Positions 1-14,092 of a stretch of DNA of 64,000 bases are shown here, piece after piece (the stretch's first letter is position 1; each line of letters begins with the position of its first letter). Below the pieces are notes generated by a model. That model worked only from the letters and a program-made list of their open reading frames with translations, did not search any database and had not been told where the DNA came from. The translations under genes and the position numbers were made by a program. Source of the stretch: Felis catus. Its lineage: Eukaryota. The stretch lies in contig NC_058368.1 of NCBI RefSeq assembly GCF_018350175.1, positions 202,618,001 through 202,682,000 on the forward strand. Direction: 5' to 3'.

Positions 1-1327
1 TTCCTAGAGAGCAGAGACTGTATACCTTGACACCGAATTATACTTCATGAGAGAAATGGGAATAAATGAGGAGCAATAAGGAAAATTGCTTATTAAAATA
101 TCAGAAACAGAGAAAGTGGAGTGTGGAGGAGGAGTAAATAAAACCTGGTGAATATACAGGGAGGTCAAGCAGATGTAGTTTGCAAATTGCTTATTGTATA
201 GCCACAGAGATATATGTCGATTTCACCATGAATGTTCTCAGCTGAAATAGGAGACATCAGATTCCACATGTTTAAAAGTGAATATAGGGTCAAAATTGGA
301 GAATATGTAAACAACTTTTCAATATATTTGAGACAAGAAGTAGATATTAGTATAGTGGATGGAGAGGAATAGAGGTTGAGTGGACAAATTTTTAATATAG
401 GAGAGATTTAAATATGCTTAAATTCTGATAAGAGAAAATATAGGGGTGAATCTGAGGAAGAAGACAGGATAATGAATGAAACAAGGCCACTGAGAATATA
501 GCAAGATTAAGAAAAGAGAAAGAGTTGTCAGAGAGGGAAACAAATGACATCCACTTGAAAGTAAGGAGAAAGGATGGATGTAAATAAGTCTGTAAATGAC
601 AATGTTTCTCAGTAAAATTGGAAGTTAAATATTTTCTTGTGATGAAATAAGCAGGTGAAGTATGGTAGACTTTGGGAGACTTGGAAAAGTTTGAACTAGC
701 TAACCTGAGATTCAGATTTGCTGTGTAGGGATGTGCACATAACACTAAACAGTGTTGAAAATCTAGTTAATGTTAAAACTGTGAGCTAGTTGTGCAGTTA
801 TGGCATTCTCTTCAGCAATATATGGAAGCTCATATATAGGAGTGAGATTGTGGACAGTCAGATAATCTTGGAACAGGATATTACCATGAAAATGCATCAG
901 AGCAGAAGATAATTGACAATTTTGGTAAGATACTGGTTGAAATGATGGACTTTTGTGTCAGACTGGGTAATGAAGGAAGTGATGAGCAGAGAGAAGAGAG
1001 CAGGAGAAAATGGAACTTTTCCAAGAGTAGCCACCTCAAACAATTTAAAAAAAAGTTTAGTGAGAATAAGACAATGAAGAATAAAAACTAGGTAGGAAAA
1101 AAGATGGCACCAGAGAAGTAAGGTTTGGTAATTAAAAGCTTGAATAAGGACAAGCTACACAATGACAATGTCTATATGAATATTGATCATGTAATCCGGG
1201 TGTGACAAAGGATGACAGATAGTCTAGAATTAATGAGTACAAAAATTACAAACAAAATTTGTATATAACTTATTTCATTATAGGCACAAGATAAAGATTC
1301 TCTTCAAATCAGAGTCTCCATTCTGTT

Positions 1328-1329
<2 letters not shown>

Positions 1330-1359
<30 letters not shown>
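1330..1359. repeat. (CA)n microsatellite
   Basis: Pure CA run. Confidence 0.95.
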
Positions 1360-1361
<2 letters not shown>

Positions 1362-1436
1362 GAATTTGAAAAAATATGTAATAATCCCAAAGGTCCTTAT
1401 TTACTAAAATGTCCACTTGTTTTCAAACTAGGAAGT

Positions 1437-1640
1437 CCTTTCTTTCTTTCCACCCCGCCAACTCCCTCCCTGCTTCCTTGCCTCCCTTTCTTCCTTCCTC
1501 CTTCCCGCCTTCTATCCCTCCCTCCCACCCTTCCTTCCTTCCTTCTTTCCTTCCTTCCTTCCTTCCTTCCTTCCTTCCTTCCTTCCTTCCTTCCTCCCTC
1601 CCTCCCTCCCTCCCTCCCTTCTTTCTTTCTTCCTGTTCCT
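1437..1640. repeat. (CCTT)n/(CCCT)n polypyrimidine microsatellite
   Basis: About 200 bp almost entirely C/T with a pure CCTT core; source of the low-complexity ORF 1409-1672. Confidence 0.92.
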
Positions 1641-1664
1641 TCGTCTCTTGTTCATATTCTTATA

Positions 1665-2220
1665 TTTTATAAACATGTGTTAAGCACCTGCTATGTGAAT
1701 ACAGTGCTTGACCTCCAGGGTTTTACAATCTAGTTGAGGACACAGATGTATAAACATGTAATTATAGTCAAGTATAAAACATTTTTATAGAATTATGGAC
1801 TAGGTCCTATGGGAGGAAACTCTTAATTCTCTCCCGAGAGAAGTCAAGTAAGCCTTTCCTGAGGAAGTGATGTTTGAGCCAAGTTTTGAAATATGAATAA
1901 GAAAGTCATCAGTCCAAAAAGAGATGGGATGGAAGGCCTTATACCAAGAGACAATATTATGTAAACAGATACAGGCCCTGATCAATCATGTTGTATAAAG
2001 GGTACTATGACAAGTTTGGTCTCCCCCAAGCATGGATTACCTATAGAGGACAGATGAGACATGATGGTGAAATAGTGGACAGAGGGCAGATCACAAGGGG
2101 CCTTTTACACTAGGCCAAGGAGTTCAGACATCCTAAAGATTATCTGGATCTCTAACAAAAGTTCAAGCAGAGATTTAACATGTTCAAGTTTGAATCATAG
2201 CGTGTTAATTCTGGATGCCA
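1665..2220 (-). mobile_element. L2 LINE 3' fragment
   Basis: Typical antisense L2 3' motifs: aagcacctgctatgtg..., gcctttcctgaggaagtgatgtttgagccaagttttgaa..., ggcagatcacaaggggcctttt. Confidence 0.7.
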
Positions 2221-2646
2221 AGAAGACCATATTTCCAAAGAAGGTGAAAATATGAGATAATAATGTTGAAAAAGTAATAAATGTTGAAAAATAATCACAG
2301 ACACAAATTAATTTATGAATTAAATCTGTTACAACAAAGCCCAACATAATTTTAGGAATAGGATAGGGATTTCACAAAGAGATTCTAAATTAATTTTTAA
2401 ATGTAGGTGTGTGAAACCAAACCTATTTATGAGGAGAATTATTGAGGGAGGGTAACTTGGAGGTTGGAAAGTATGCTACAAAATTAAACTCATTTAATAA
2501 TGACTTATTGGTAGTTGAATATATCAACAGCTTATTGGAACAAATCAGTTATTCCAGAAAGAATGTGTAGATATGAATTTGAGTTGTATAGTCCTTTTAT
2601 ATTAGGGTTGATGATTCAAACAATTGGGAAGAAAATAAGAGGTTTT

Positions 2647-2877
2647 GGGGCTCCTGGGTGGCTCAGTTGGTTAAGTGTCAAACTTCAGCTCAGGTCATGA
2701 TTTTGCCATCCCTGAGTTCGAGGCCCACGTCGGGCTCTGTGCTGACAGCTCAAACCTAAAGCCTGCTTCTTTGGTTTCTGTGTCTCCCTCTCTTTCTTCC
2801 CCTCCCCTGCTCATGCTCTGTCTCTCTCTCTTTCTCTCTCTCTCTCCCTCAAAAATAAATAAACATTAAAAAAAAAA
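2647..2877 (+). mobile_element. Can-SINE (SINEC)
   Basis: ggggctcctgggtggctcagttggttaag head, B-box gagttcgag, (CT)n tract, aaaaataaataaacatt + poly(A). Confidence 0.93.
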
Positions 2878-3439
2878 GGAAAAGAGATTACTAGTTGAGG
2901 AAGACAGATAAGACACATATATGGGCATTTTGTTCCTCCTAAGACTCCAGCACTATTAAAGAAACAAAGTGAAAAAAGGAATGCATTTATAAAACAGAAG
3001 GGAATAAGAGCAGGGAGCTCTTACTGAGATGGGAAAGTTCTCAAAATTTTTACAAGATTAAAATGAAAGGGAGTAGAATGAAGAATAGCCCACAGAGAGA
3101 AAATCAGATCCTGGAATATGCTGCAAAAGGGTCTGCAAAAGAGGTGAGAGCCAGTCTGTACTGTGAACTGTGGAGACAGTTTGATTTGAAGTCAGAAGGC
3201 TTAATGCAGAACATAACTGAGCAATAGGACTGAATGCAGGAAAGGTATGGAATTCAAGGTCAATATGACAACTGTGCAAATCATTACTTGTAACCTATGT
3301 CTCACACCCTGCACACACATACATGGATTTGGGGCATTTTTCATGTATCCCCATGTAAACCTCCTATCTTTTCACTGAAGCGATTCAACTCGTATTTGGC
3401 AAAAGATACAGTTTGATACAGTTTCGCTAGATGCTGGAA

Positions 3440-3610
3440 GGAATGGAGTTAAGTCTTCAAATATCTCTGAGAAAAAGATTTTCAATCTAGAATTCTATAC
3501 CCAGACAAGCTATTTTAAAGGGGTAAGAGAGAAATATCTCACATGTGTCCTGACTCCCCTAACCACACCCCACCCCAAATAAATCAAATGTGGTTACTAC
3601 AAGATGTGTG
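3440..3610 (+). mobile_element. Ancient L1 (L1M/HAL1-type) ORF1 remnant
   Basis: gattttcaatctagaattctatacccagacaagcta resembles the ORF1p FQPRILYPAKL-coding motif. Confidence 0.45.
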
Positions 3611-4740
3611 TGTTAAAAGGAAGAACAATTCTGAGAGCTCTGCAGCGGGTCTAGAGAAAACTCAGTCCTGCTTAAAACGGGTGGCTGGATGCTGGAGACA
3701 GGAGTGTTTGCATGCGTGTGTGAATGTGTGGTGGAGGTGAGACCATGAACACTGGAGGATCCAGTGCCTACTGATATTCTGCACAGGGCCGATATTGGTA
3801 AGTGTCTTTGGTGATTAGAAAAATCAAATTTATACAAAAAAAATTGTATTCCTTTTAAGGGTCCTTCCACATACAGCAATTTATATAATTCCTAGAACCA
3901 TTCTGATACTGAAGTATATTCAGCACTTCAGGTGGTCTGGCAAATATCTTGACGCCCTATTATCTGAACTGATGAAGAATTATAATGCATATGTGGTTCT
4001 GGAAAGTGTTCAACTAGTGAATCTGAAATCATGCCATTTTCCAATAGATCAAACCCTACTCCAATGTTTCTTGGGTTGCTGGCAACTTTGCCAACCCTTG
4101 TTTATTTTTTAAGTTTCTTTTCGGGAGGTTGCAATAATACTACGTTTTTCTCACTTATTGGGTTTCACCAAATGGCCGAATGTATGGTTTACTCGCTTAA
4201 ATTTGTAGCTGTATTTTATGGTTTCATACCCAAAATCATATGCTTAGTGAAGGCATTTTTGCCAAGACAGTGACCCAACACCATTTTTTTTCTTCCGGGG
4301 CAACTCTGACACAAATCCACTCAAATAAATTAGTATTCTTAAGTTGACTGGCTCATCTTGTAGAGTAGCAAGATGACGTGCCAATGCATGAGGTAATTCT
4401 TACAGCTCCTGCTAAAAAATTATGAGGAAGCATTGTTTTCATCTTAATGGTTTTTTCAGAAACCAGCTTTTTTTCCTCTTGTCTTTTCTATTGGCTTCTT
4501 TTGGAAAATGATGCAATGAGTTGGTTTGCACACAACCTTTCTAGACTGTAAATGGTGAAGGGGATGTTGAGAAAGACATCGTGCAATTATTTTAAATATA
4601 ATGGCTTCTATCACATTTTATTATACCACGTATTTACATTACCATTAGTTTTATTATTATATTTTTATTTATTTGTTTTACAAACCAAGGTTTAGGGAAA
4701 TTACTTACATAAATCAGTGTTTTACTTCCAGTTTATCTTC

Positions 4741-4742
<2 letters not shown>

Positions 4743-4786
<44 letters not shown>
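4743..4786. repeat. (GT)22 microsatellite
   Basis: Pure GT run. Confidence 0.97.
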
Positions 4787-4789
<3 letters not shown>

Positions 4790-7485
4790 TTTCTTCCCTG
4801 TGTTTTCACTTTTTAAAATTGCATTTTTTCATTTCTAAAGTAGAGGGTATTATGGAATTTTACACATCAGAGGTAATTTGCTGCATCTTCTTTCTTTTAG
4901 TTGAAAAGCTAAGGCAAATTTTTAGAAACTGATTAATGCAAAGACAGGACTGGAACTCTAGTTTCCTGGTTTCAAGTTATGCATTTCTCCAATGTCTATT
5001 TTTTTCAGTTCTTACATGGCAAAAACTGTTTTTCAGTGTTTTTTTTTTATGTTACCTTTGTTATATATCTCTAAGATTGGCAAAATAGTAGTTCAAATTT
5101 TTGAAAAAATATTTGTACCTAGCAGTTTGATGCTCCATGCAAATATATATGTCCAAATTTTAAAGATTTCACCATACCACAAACACTACAATTCTTAATA
5201 TTTTAGGCCAAAAAATTGGTTGAGGTACTAAACATTTATTATCACTTGTCAATATAACAAAGTTCATGAATGTGAAACCAAGAATTTTAGAGTTGATTTT
5301 TTTCTCACAGAAAGTATAGAAAATGGAACCCATAATAATACATAATATCATATGAGGCATACTTAAAAATATATTTGCTAGAGACCACCAAAATATATTA
5401 TGTTTTTATACATTTCTCAAAGATAGTTTAATAGTATTTGACTAACTGAAGATTAGTATAAAAATTCTTTCTGGATGATATCTGAATGGTATGAAAATAC
5501 CTGATTCTTACTTGGTAATTTCAAAGCAATTCAATAGCTATGTATTGACTATGTAATATCAACAGGATATTGTGTGTAGGAAAACAATTTACAGAGTATA
5601 TAAAATGAGTTTAAATATCCTCTGCTTTATTTGCTTTTATAGTTTAGTTACTAAAGCTTGTACACTGAAGTGGTCTTTTCTTTATTTTAACAGTGATCAT
5701 CATTTAGATGTATTTTAAAATACAAGTTAATGAGATGAAGTCTCCAAAGTAAAGTATCTTCTTACAAGGATTAAGTTCATTTCTCCATTCCATTGTATGG
5801 TCTGTTTTTGCCCTTCCCAAAAGCATGAATCCATGTGATTCGTTTCATATGCTTAGCAAATGAACTGATAACAAAAACTAGAATAATGTTACTATTTGTA
5901 GCTCAAAGGTAGAGACAACTCAATTTGTACTTATTGGAATGTGTAACGTATTACAAATCTGATGAGACTGCAGTTATACAAAAGAGAAAGTAAGCAAAAG
6001 ATTGACATGAGATACTACAGGTAAAAATGAGACTATTATTAGCATTATGGTGTTTCTAAAATGAATTATTCTTCAGTCTTCTCCCAAAACCACAGTGTTA
6101 TGGAAATACCATTTGAAATGTATTCACAAGAGCTACAGAAGTCAACGAATATTGCTAATGCAGTTATTAGTTTGATTTTTCATCCTCTTTCTCTGCACAC
6201 ACACACACTTATGTAGCCACTTCTGATTGTTTACTTGAATATCATTTTTACTGTGTGCTAGACAATAAAAAGAGAATATTAATTTTTTATTTAAAAAATA
6301 AATTTTCATTTTGAGTTTTCGAGATAAGATTTGAAGTTTCAAAAAGAAATTTATTAAATTTCATTAAATCAGTATCTTAGTGCTGACTTTATCCTGAACT
6401 AAATGTGTCTAGTAAGCATGAAAAATCCTTCCCACCACCATTATTAAAATAAGGTTTAGGTGGTTTGTAAAATATATTTTTTTATTTTCTTTATTAAAAT
6501 ATTTCAGTAGTTATATAATTTGCATATATTGTATACATTTACAGCCATTTGAAATTTGTAATACAGGAATAGGCAATGATTTTAAATTGTTTAATTTTAA
6601 TTAATTTCATTTTTTCCATAGTACTAATCCATCAAACACTCTTCTTAATAGAACCATTTTCAATATTCATTTGTAATTTGATTTGCCCAGTGTGTAAGCT
6701 ACTTCCTAAAGTAAATTAAGCACATGGGGGTTATGCTTGCGCTTTTGTGTTTTCTAGGGCACAGTCCAATAAATAGATGTTCTGTTATACTACATAGTCC
6801 CCCTATAAGTTAAGAGGATGTACTCTTTCTTCATGAGGAATTTAAAAAAAATGTGAATGTAGATATATTTGATTTAAAAAATGTCACCTGTTGTAGCATT
6901 TTTGTTTCAGACCTATTCCCAGTCATCAGCTGATAATGACTTGAAATTTATAGGAAAATGAGTAAGCTTTGTAGAAATGTTTTGTCTCCGTTAGATACTC
7001 GTTAGTGCTGACCCATTTATGAAATGCATTGTTAGTTGAGTAATCTCTGTGGGAGAAAAAACATTTGCTGAGGGTCAGCTGTATACCATCAGGCATGTGT
7101 TTCCCAGTTTTCAAAATGTATACCTTTTACAGTTTACACTGTAACTGTTTCATATCATTGTTTTCTGTCAAAATCTTCAAAGAATCCATATTATAGGATT
7201 TTGCCATTTTTTATGTTTCTTTAATAATTCATGTTCTTAGACTTTTCTCACACTAGCAAAGCTAAACAAAGAGCAATTTTGCATGAAGACATACTTTTTT
7301 AAATGTTTAGGTATATGAAATTAGAATCCTGTATAAAAATATGTAGGATTAGAAATGGATGATATACAATACATGGCAAAGCAACGAAAAAGTCATAGAG
7401 TTTAAGTAATAGTCAATGCAAAAGAGAATTAAGAAATGTGACGATTTCATTGCAACAAAAATATCTAGAATTGAATTTTTTATTT

Positions 7486-7706
7486 AAATTTTTTAATGTT
7501 TATTTGTTTTTGAGAGAGAGAGAAAGAGAGAGCATGAGCGGGACAGAGAGAGACAGAGAGAGAGAGGGAGAGAGACAGAATCTGAAGCAGGCTCCAGGCT
7601 CTGATCTGTCAGCACAAAGCCCAACACAGGGCTTGAACTCACAAACCGTGCATTCGTGACCTGCGCTGAAGCTGGACGCTTAACTGACTGAGTCACCCAG
7701 GCACCC
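7486..7706 (-). mobile_element. Can-SINE (SINEC)
   Basis: Antisense SINE body; 14-bp TSD TGAATTTTTTATTT at 7472-7485 and 7707-7720. Confidence 0.94.
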
Positions 7707-8694
7707 TGAATTTTTTATTTTATACATACATATATGTTTATTAAAAAAGTGTGTGGACATGACCAAAATAACACATGCATAGTCAACTATACTTTATGTC
7801 TTAATAGTCGTGACAGATAAATAGTACATTCTATTCTGTAAGTATGTAGTTGTTATGACTGTATTAGTACTGTTTAGTCTTAGTGCAGAGTCGTGATGAG
7901 ACATATTTTTCTCTATAATTCCAGTGATATATCTGTGCCACTTCGAAAAGAACGCTCAAATAGATGTATATTTTTTCCCAAGTTTCAATTTCCCATTTGG
8001 GAAAATGAAGTCAGCCTTAAATATCTGCACACTCCTTTCATCCATGGAGAAGGGGGAGGGGGACAGAAGCACAGAGTAGCTATGACACATATGTCCTTCA
8101 GGAAATCAGATTTTGCACCAGATGGTAATTTGCACATGTAACCGAGAAAAGAAAATCACTTTACCCACTAAAGGTGGGTGAAGGCAGGCCAGCTCTCTCT
8201 GTCTCAAAATTCCAGGGAGGAGAGTTTTTTTGAGAAGCCAAACTGAAAAGAATATAAAGTGGGGGGGGGGGGGGAGAATTAGGTTAGTACCTAGGAAATG
8301 AAAATTCTTCTTCAATTTGAAATGGTTTTGAGGAAATGAGAAATTTTATTATTTCTAAATATTTGAGATAAAGCTCATGTAGAAGTTAACAGTTCTGAAG
8401 AAAAAGCCATCAGGTAATTGCCACCACATTTAAGAACTTTAGGCTCTATTACATATGTCTTGGGTTTTATTAATTTCATTTTTATATCAATTCGTTTTTT
8501 CTGTACTTTACAAAAGGGTCTGTCCATAACGGTTGCGGAGAGAGTTGGTTTTCCCCATAAGTTGAGGACCTGTGAACTAATTATTTAGGTTTCTGAAGAG
8601 GAAAAAGTTTAGAAAAGGTTGGTAGCGATTCATCTTAAATAAAAAACACACCGTCTTTTAATATTAGGCCATGGCCAGTAAGAAAAGTTACAGA

Positions 8695-8732
8695 TTGTTT
8701 GTTTGTTTGTTTCTTTGTTTGTTTGTTTGTTT
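8695..8732. repeat. (TTTG)n microsatellite
   Basis: TTTG run with one interruption. Confidence 0.9.
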
Positions 8733-10201
8733 GAAGGTATGAGGGGTCAGAGTTGAGGGGATTAAAATATAAGAATGTGTTTCCTCTGGAAAAGGTAAAA
8801 TTTTAATCTGAAACTGAGTAGGATAGTCATGAGCTTTGGGAGAGATAGAAGAGAGGAATAAATATAGGATCAGTGGTGTTAGGAATGAGGAAATGAATAG
8901 ACCATAGACGAAGATCTCAAATGAGGTGGGCATTACAAAAAAAATTTTTAATAGCCACAATCTAGTTTCCTCTCCAGTAATCTTCAGCAGCGCAGGTATA
9001 GAAAGTAGCTGTTTTAATTAATCAGCAGTTGACATTTTGCAGAGAAAAGGCAGTGGAAAAATACAGAGTTCTCTAATAAATGGAGATGTGCTGAGGCTGG
9101 AGATTGAGAGGTTGTTATATGCAGAAATGAGGGAATGTTATGAGTGGAATAGCCAAATGGAATGAGCGCTGAGGAGAAGACTTTTTTTTTTTTTTTTTAA
9201 ACTACAGCTGGACAAATAATTGTCTGACAGCAGCAAAAGGCAAGCTGGGAAAATGAGGCCACTGCCAAAAGAACCTAAGGCTTATAAAATAGGAAAGAAT
9301 TGAACCAACTCTGTTTGTGAGAGCTACCAGGAAAGCTGAGGCTTTGGAGAGGGTGAGGGGGGTCCCTATGTCTCAGGAAACGCATAGAAGAAGAGGAAGA
9401 GTGTTACGAAAAGGCTGAGGGTATATGAGAGTTAATCAATGATGAAGAATGAGTTTTGGAAGGGACAGTAGAAAGAAAAATCCAGAAAGAAAGCACTCAA
9501 CAGCATGAGAATTTGACAATTGGTGAGTGAGTTTGTGGACTGAATAACTGCACTTTGTTTACAGAGACTGACATGAGAGGCCCAGGTGGTTGACTCTTCT
9601 GAAGGTTGTGGACCAGCCTTTCTGAGTGAGATCCTACATAGAATAGGGAGAGCAGTCACTGGTCAGTGTTCAAAGAGATGACTGTGAACAGTGCTCTTCT
9701 CTCAGAGATCAAGTAAAACCTTCTGCACTTGGTACCTAAAGCATGGTAAGGTAACCTGGATCATTTTCAAGCTAAGAATTATTGAAGGTGCAATAGGGCT
9801 CTTAAAATATTGACTAGAGCTACTACATATTGAATCCTAAATAACATGTTCGCTGTGAAACAGACTGAGTTGGTAAATACTTGTTTTCTTATTTTCTGTG
9901 TCAACATGGCACATAGACACTCCATATAAAAGATAATTCGATTCATGCAGGTGCAGAATTAAAAAGAAACAAAAAGAGAAACAAAAGTATCCAGCCTTGT
10001 TTTGTACTTTAAGAATAAGAGTAGCCTTTGTCAAAAGAACCATTTCTGACTTTTTTGATTCTGTTACTTTGATAAAAATTATAAAGTTATATTTGAAGTC
10101 TTGAATCAGTACTGAGAACGTAGAAGAAATCTAGACTTTAAATGATCACTGTTCATGAAGCCAAGACTAGGGACAGATCAATGCATGCTATGAAAAGTCT
10201 T

Positions 10202-11067
10202 TTTTTTTAATATATGAAATTTATTGTCAAATTGGTTTCCATACAACACCCAGTGCTCATCCCAAAAGATGCCCTCTTCAATATCCATCACCTACCCACC
10301 CCTCCCTCCCACCCCCCATCAACCCTCAGTTTGTTCTCAGTTTTTAAGGGTCTCTTATGCTTTGGCTCTCTCCCACTCTAACCTCTTTTTTTTTCCTTCC
10401 CCTCCCCCATGGGATTCTGTTAAGTTTCTCAGGATCCACATAAGTGTGAAACCATATGGCATCTGTCTTTCTCTGTATGGCTTATTTCACTTAGCATAAC
10501 ACTCTCCAGTTCCATCCATGTCGCTACAAAGGGCCATATTTCATTCTTTCTCATTGCCACGTAGTACTCCATTGTGTATATAAACCACAGTTTCTTTATC
10601 CATTCAACAGTTGATGGACATTTAGGCTCTTTCCACAATTTGGCTATTGTTACGTGTGCTGCTATAAACATTGGGGTACAAGTGCCCCTATGCATCAGCA
10701 CTCCTGTATCCCTTGGGTAAATTCCTGCCAGTGCTACTGCTGGGTTATAGGGTAGGTCTATTTTTAATTTTCTGAGGAACCTCCACACTGTTTTCCAGAG
10801 CGGCTGCACCAATTTGCATTCCCACCAACAGTGCAAGAGGGTTCCCGTTTCTCCACATCCTCTCCAGCATCTATAGTCTCCTGATTTGTTCATTTTGGCC
10901 ACTCTGACTGGCGTGAGGTGATATCTGAGTGTGGTTTTGATTTGTATTTCCCTGACGAGGAGTGATGTTGAGCATCTTTTCATGTGCCTGTTGGCCGTCC
11001 GGATGTCTTCTTTAGAGAAGTGTCTCTTCATGTTTTCCACCCATTTCTTCACTGGATTATTTGTTTT
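10202..11067 (-). mobile_element. 5'-truncated young felid L1 (ORF2 C-terminus + 3' UTR)
   Basis: Minus-strand translation gives L1 ORF2p C-terminus incl. CCHC motif [18 protein letters not shown]; perfect 13-bp TSD TATGAAAAGTCTT at 10189-10201 and 11068-11080. Confidence 0.95.
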
Positions 11068-11218
11068 TATGAAAAGTCTTAAATCACTTTTGATAATTTG
11101 TGTGGTTAGGTAAAACATAATACATCAAGTGCTTAAAGATAGTTAAGGCCCACTGATCATTATCTGGCTGTTAGACTGGAAAACCCCTGAATCCAGTATA
11201 TCAAGAAAGTTGTGGGCA

Positions 11219-11428
11219 GAGGCGTCTTGGGTGGCTTAGCTAGTTAAGCATCAGACTTCAGTCCAGGTCATGTTCTCATGGTTCATGAGCTCCAGCCCCG
11301 CGTTAGGCTCTGTGCTGACACCTCAGAGCCCGGAGCCTGCTTTGGATTCTGTGTCTCCCTCTCTTTCTGCCCCTCCCCTGCTGGTGCTCTGTCTGTCTCT
11401 GTCTCTCTGTCAAAAATAAACAAACATT
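11219..11428 (+). mobile_element. Can-SINE (older)
   Basis: Diverged head ggcgtcttgggtggcttag, gagcctgctttggattctgtgtctccc core, CT tract, aaaaataaac; degenerate TSD aagaaagttgtgggca / aagacagtatgtggaca. Confidence 0.9.
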
Positions 11429-14092
11429 AAGACAGTATGTGGACATGTTTTGAAAGAACTCAGCTAATTTATGGATATCTGCCATATAGCACAGTTTGGG
11501 ATTTAACCTTTCAAAAACAAGATGGAATATACAAAAATCATGGTAAACACTTTTGCAAATATTAGGGCACAATTGGGGATTCTGAATCAAATTATCTAAC
11601 TCAGAGCATTCTTCAGTTTTGGAGAGTTAATTACCTATCCAGTCTGGAGTCATTAAACTCCAACCGGGCAGAATTCTAGAACTACAATATTATAAAAAGA
11701 ATCCAGTGAGAATTTGTTACCAGATCTTTCCTTTCATTGCAGTCATATGAACAACACGATGTTCTGAGCTGGACAAATGCAAAGCACAGAGCCTTCCACT
11801 GACGTATTTTGTAGTCTAGGTTTTGTGAAAATAAAAATAAAGAGCTGCTTTAGAAACTTACCTTAATTCTTTTTTGTTGTTGTTGTTGACTCTTATAAGT
11901 ACCACTTAGCAGCATATTGAGAGTAGGTCAGAGCAACCTGTCTTTCTGCTATGTACATTGTGAGCACTCAAATCAGGTTTCAAGTCAAGTTAGATTACTT
12001 GGAAGGTAGGAAATAATAGAGTTTTCTTTCTTAAATTCCCTGGTTTAAAACACAAAAGCAAAAGCTTTCCACTGTGAAGATCATCTAAAGTTGTTTCTGC
12101 TATTATTGTTAAATCCCTGCAGCATTCTCATTCATTCGACAGTTCACTGAGTGTCATATATGGTGCCATTTTTCTGTGAAGTTGGGTTTGCATGCAGTAG
12201 CGTTAAGACAATTGATTTAGATGGGAATATATCACTTAAGGATGTCTACCTTGTAGATGGAAAAAAAAAACCCTGAGAATATTAATTAATCAGTGGTATC
12301 AGCTCTTTGATCAGGAATTTGAGTAAAGTCACACTTACATTTATCCTACAAGCTGCCCTTAGACAATAAAACGTTGTGGCTATGCATGAATTAGATTAGA
12401 TTTTTCCTTCTTTGGTTAATGTGTCTATCTGTAGACGTATGTGCTCCCATAAAGGAATAGTTTTCTTATTCCATATCTTCTGTGAACAAGGTTTTAACAG
12501 AGCCTTTCATAGTCTCAGCAACCAGTCAATGAGATGATTATGCCTGCCAGAGTGTATTAGTTAATAAGAGCTCAAGAGACGATTAGTTTGGGCCTAAGCA
12601 CTCTACACATTCAGGTGTACATCAAAAGTAATACTACATACATTATGATGTTCTTTTGTTGGGTAGATAAATCAAGATGGAGATACGTGGATTTGCCTAT
12701 TTGAAATTAGCCTCTGGTATTGACCAGTGTCAAAACAGGCAACTTACTTTGCCTCTTCCAAAGTAAGATTTGGGGATAGCTCCAAAAAGTCAAATTACTT
12801 TTGAACACAGAATGTTAAAGACCAAAAAGGAGGAAATTCATTTCAGTGTATTGAACATTGTCTATACAGCAGGGTTAGTATATAAATCTAGCATTAGTAG
12901 ATTTATGTCTACTAATACTATGAGGTTGGAAATAGTAATTCCAGGGCTTATCTTGTTATAATAGGAGTCCAGGAATCACATGGAAGCAAAACAAAACAAA
13001 ACAAAACAATGTATTTCTAATATGTAATGAAAGACCTTATGTCACCATTAACTTCCTTTCTGAAAATGGTAATTCTATTTCTCTGGAAACATTTCAGAAA
13101 TAATAGCATTTTCGTAAAGGAATTGTTGAATTACAGCATGTGCTATTAATTACAATAAATAATCTCATAAAATCCCACAAAAAAGAATCTAATTCCTCAC
13201 AAAGAAAGTGGTAAAGCCATAAAAGCCAGATGTATAAAGAATGGGACCTAGTCCTCTATAACATCCCAGACTTCACTCTAAGGTCTCATAATTACATGTT
13301 TGCCCACATGCTTATAATTTATAGACTTTGGCAGAGAGTTTCAGATATTGTTTACTTCAGGTAATTAGGTTGAAAGGTGATTAGTTCCTTGTTTGATCCA
13401 GAAGCTTATATTCTGCAACTTAACCCTATTTCACAGCAATGCAACACTTACCCAAAACCCATATTGAACCATTTTGTCAGGAAATACTTAGATAAATATT
13501 TATAGGGTTCTAGTACTAAATAGAAAATGTTTAAATCCATGTTGGGTTTAATTTACTACTTTAATAACAGAAAGCTTTTTTATTATGCTTTATTGTATTA
13601 CTTCTAATGAGAAATTATTGATGAAATTTTTGGTAAGTTTTTTGTTTTTAAATTTAGTGACCAAGGAAGATCAGAGGGAATAACATTGAAAGGACTTTTC
13701 TATGGGTTTGCCAAATACAAAACCAAATTAAAAAGTAACTTAGAGGAAAATAAAATTCTTAATTCTTTAAAATTCATTGTTCTGTGGATAGCTGTCTGAA
13801 TATAAAAATATGTGATCTGTTGCCTTTAAAATCTAGGACCACTATCTTACTTTTAAAAGGAATTCAGAACTGTGTATATTCCCACAAAGAAAGTGAGAAT
13901 TCTCACTATAATTACTATGTCAAAAAGGAAGATTGTTTAAAGAACGAATTAATGGCCAATACAAAATGTATCAAAGTGAAAAACATTTAATTAAAGACTT
14001 ATTTGGTGATTTTATAAAAGCAAAATCCCAGCTGTCCTGTCATGTTACCTCTACGTATATCAGTATGTATCTCTTAAGAATTATAGACATTA

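Noticed and set aside
1..1300. Purine-rich block and 117-aa minus-strand ORF 392-745
   Set aside because: No recognisable protein similarity; composition suggests decayed antisense L2-like sequence, but I could not support a specific call.
1409..1672. Pro/Ser/Phe/Leu-rich ORF
   Set aside because: Translation of the (CCTT)n microsatellite.
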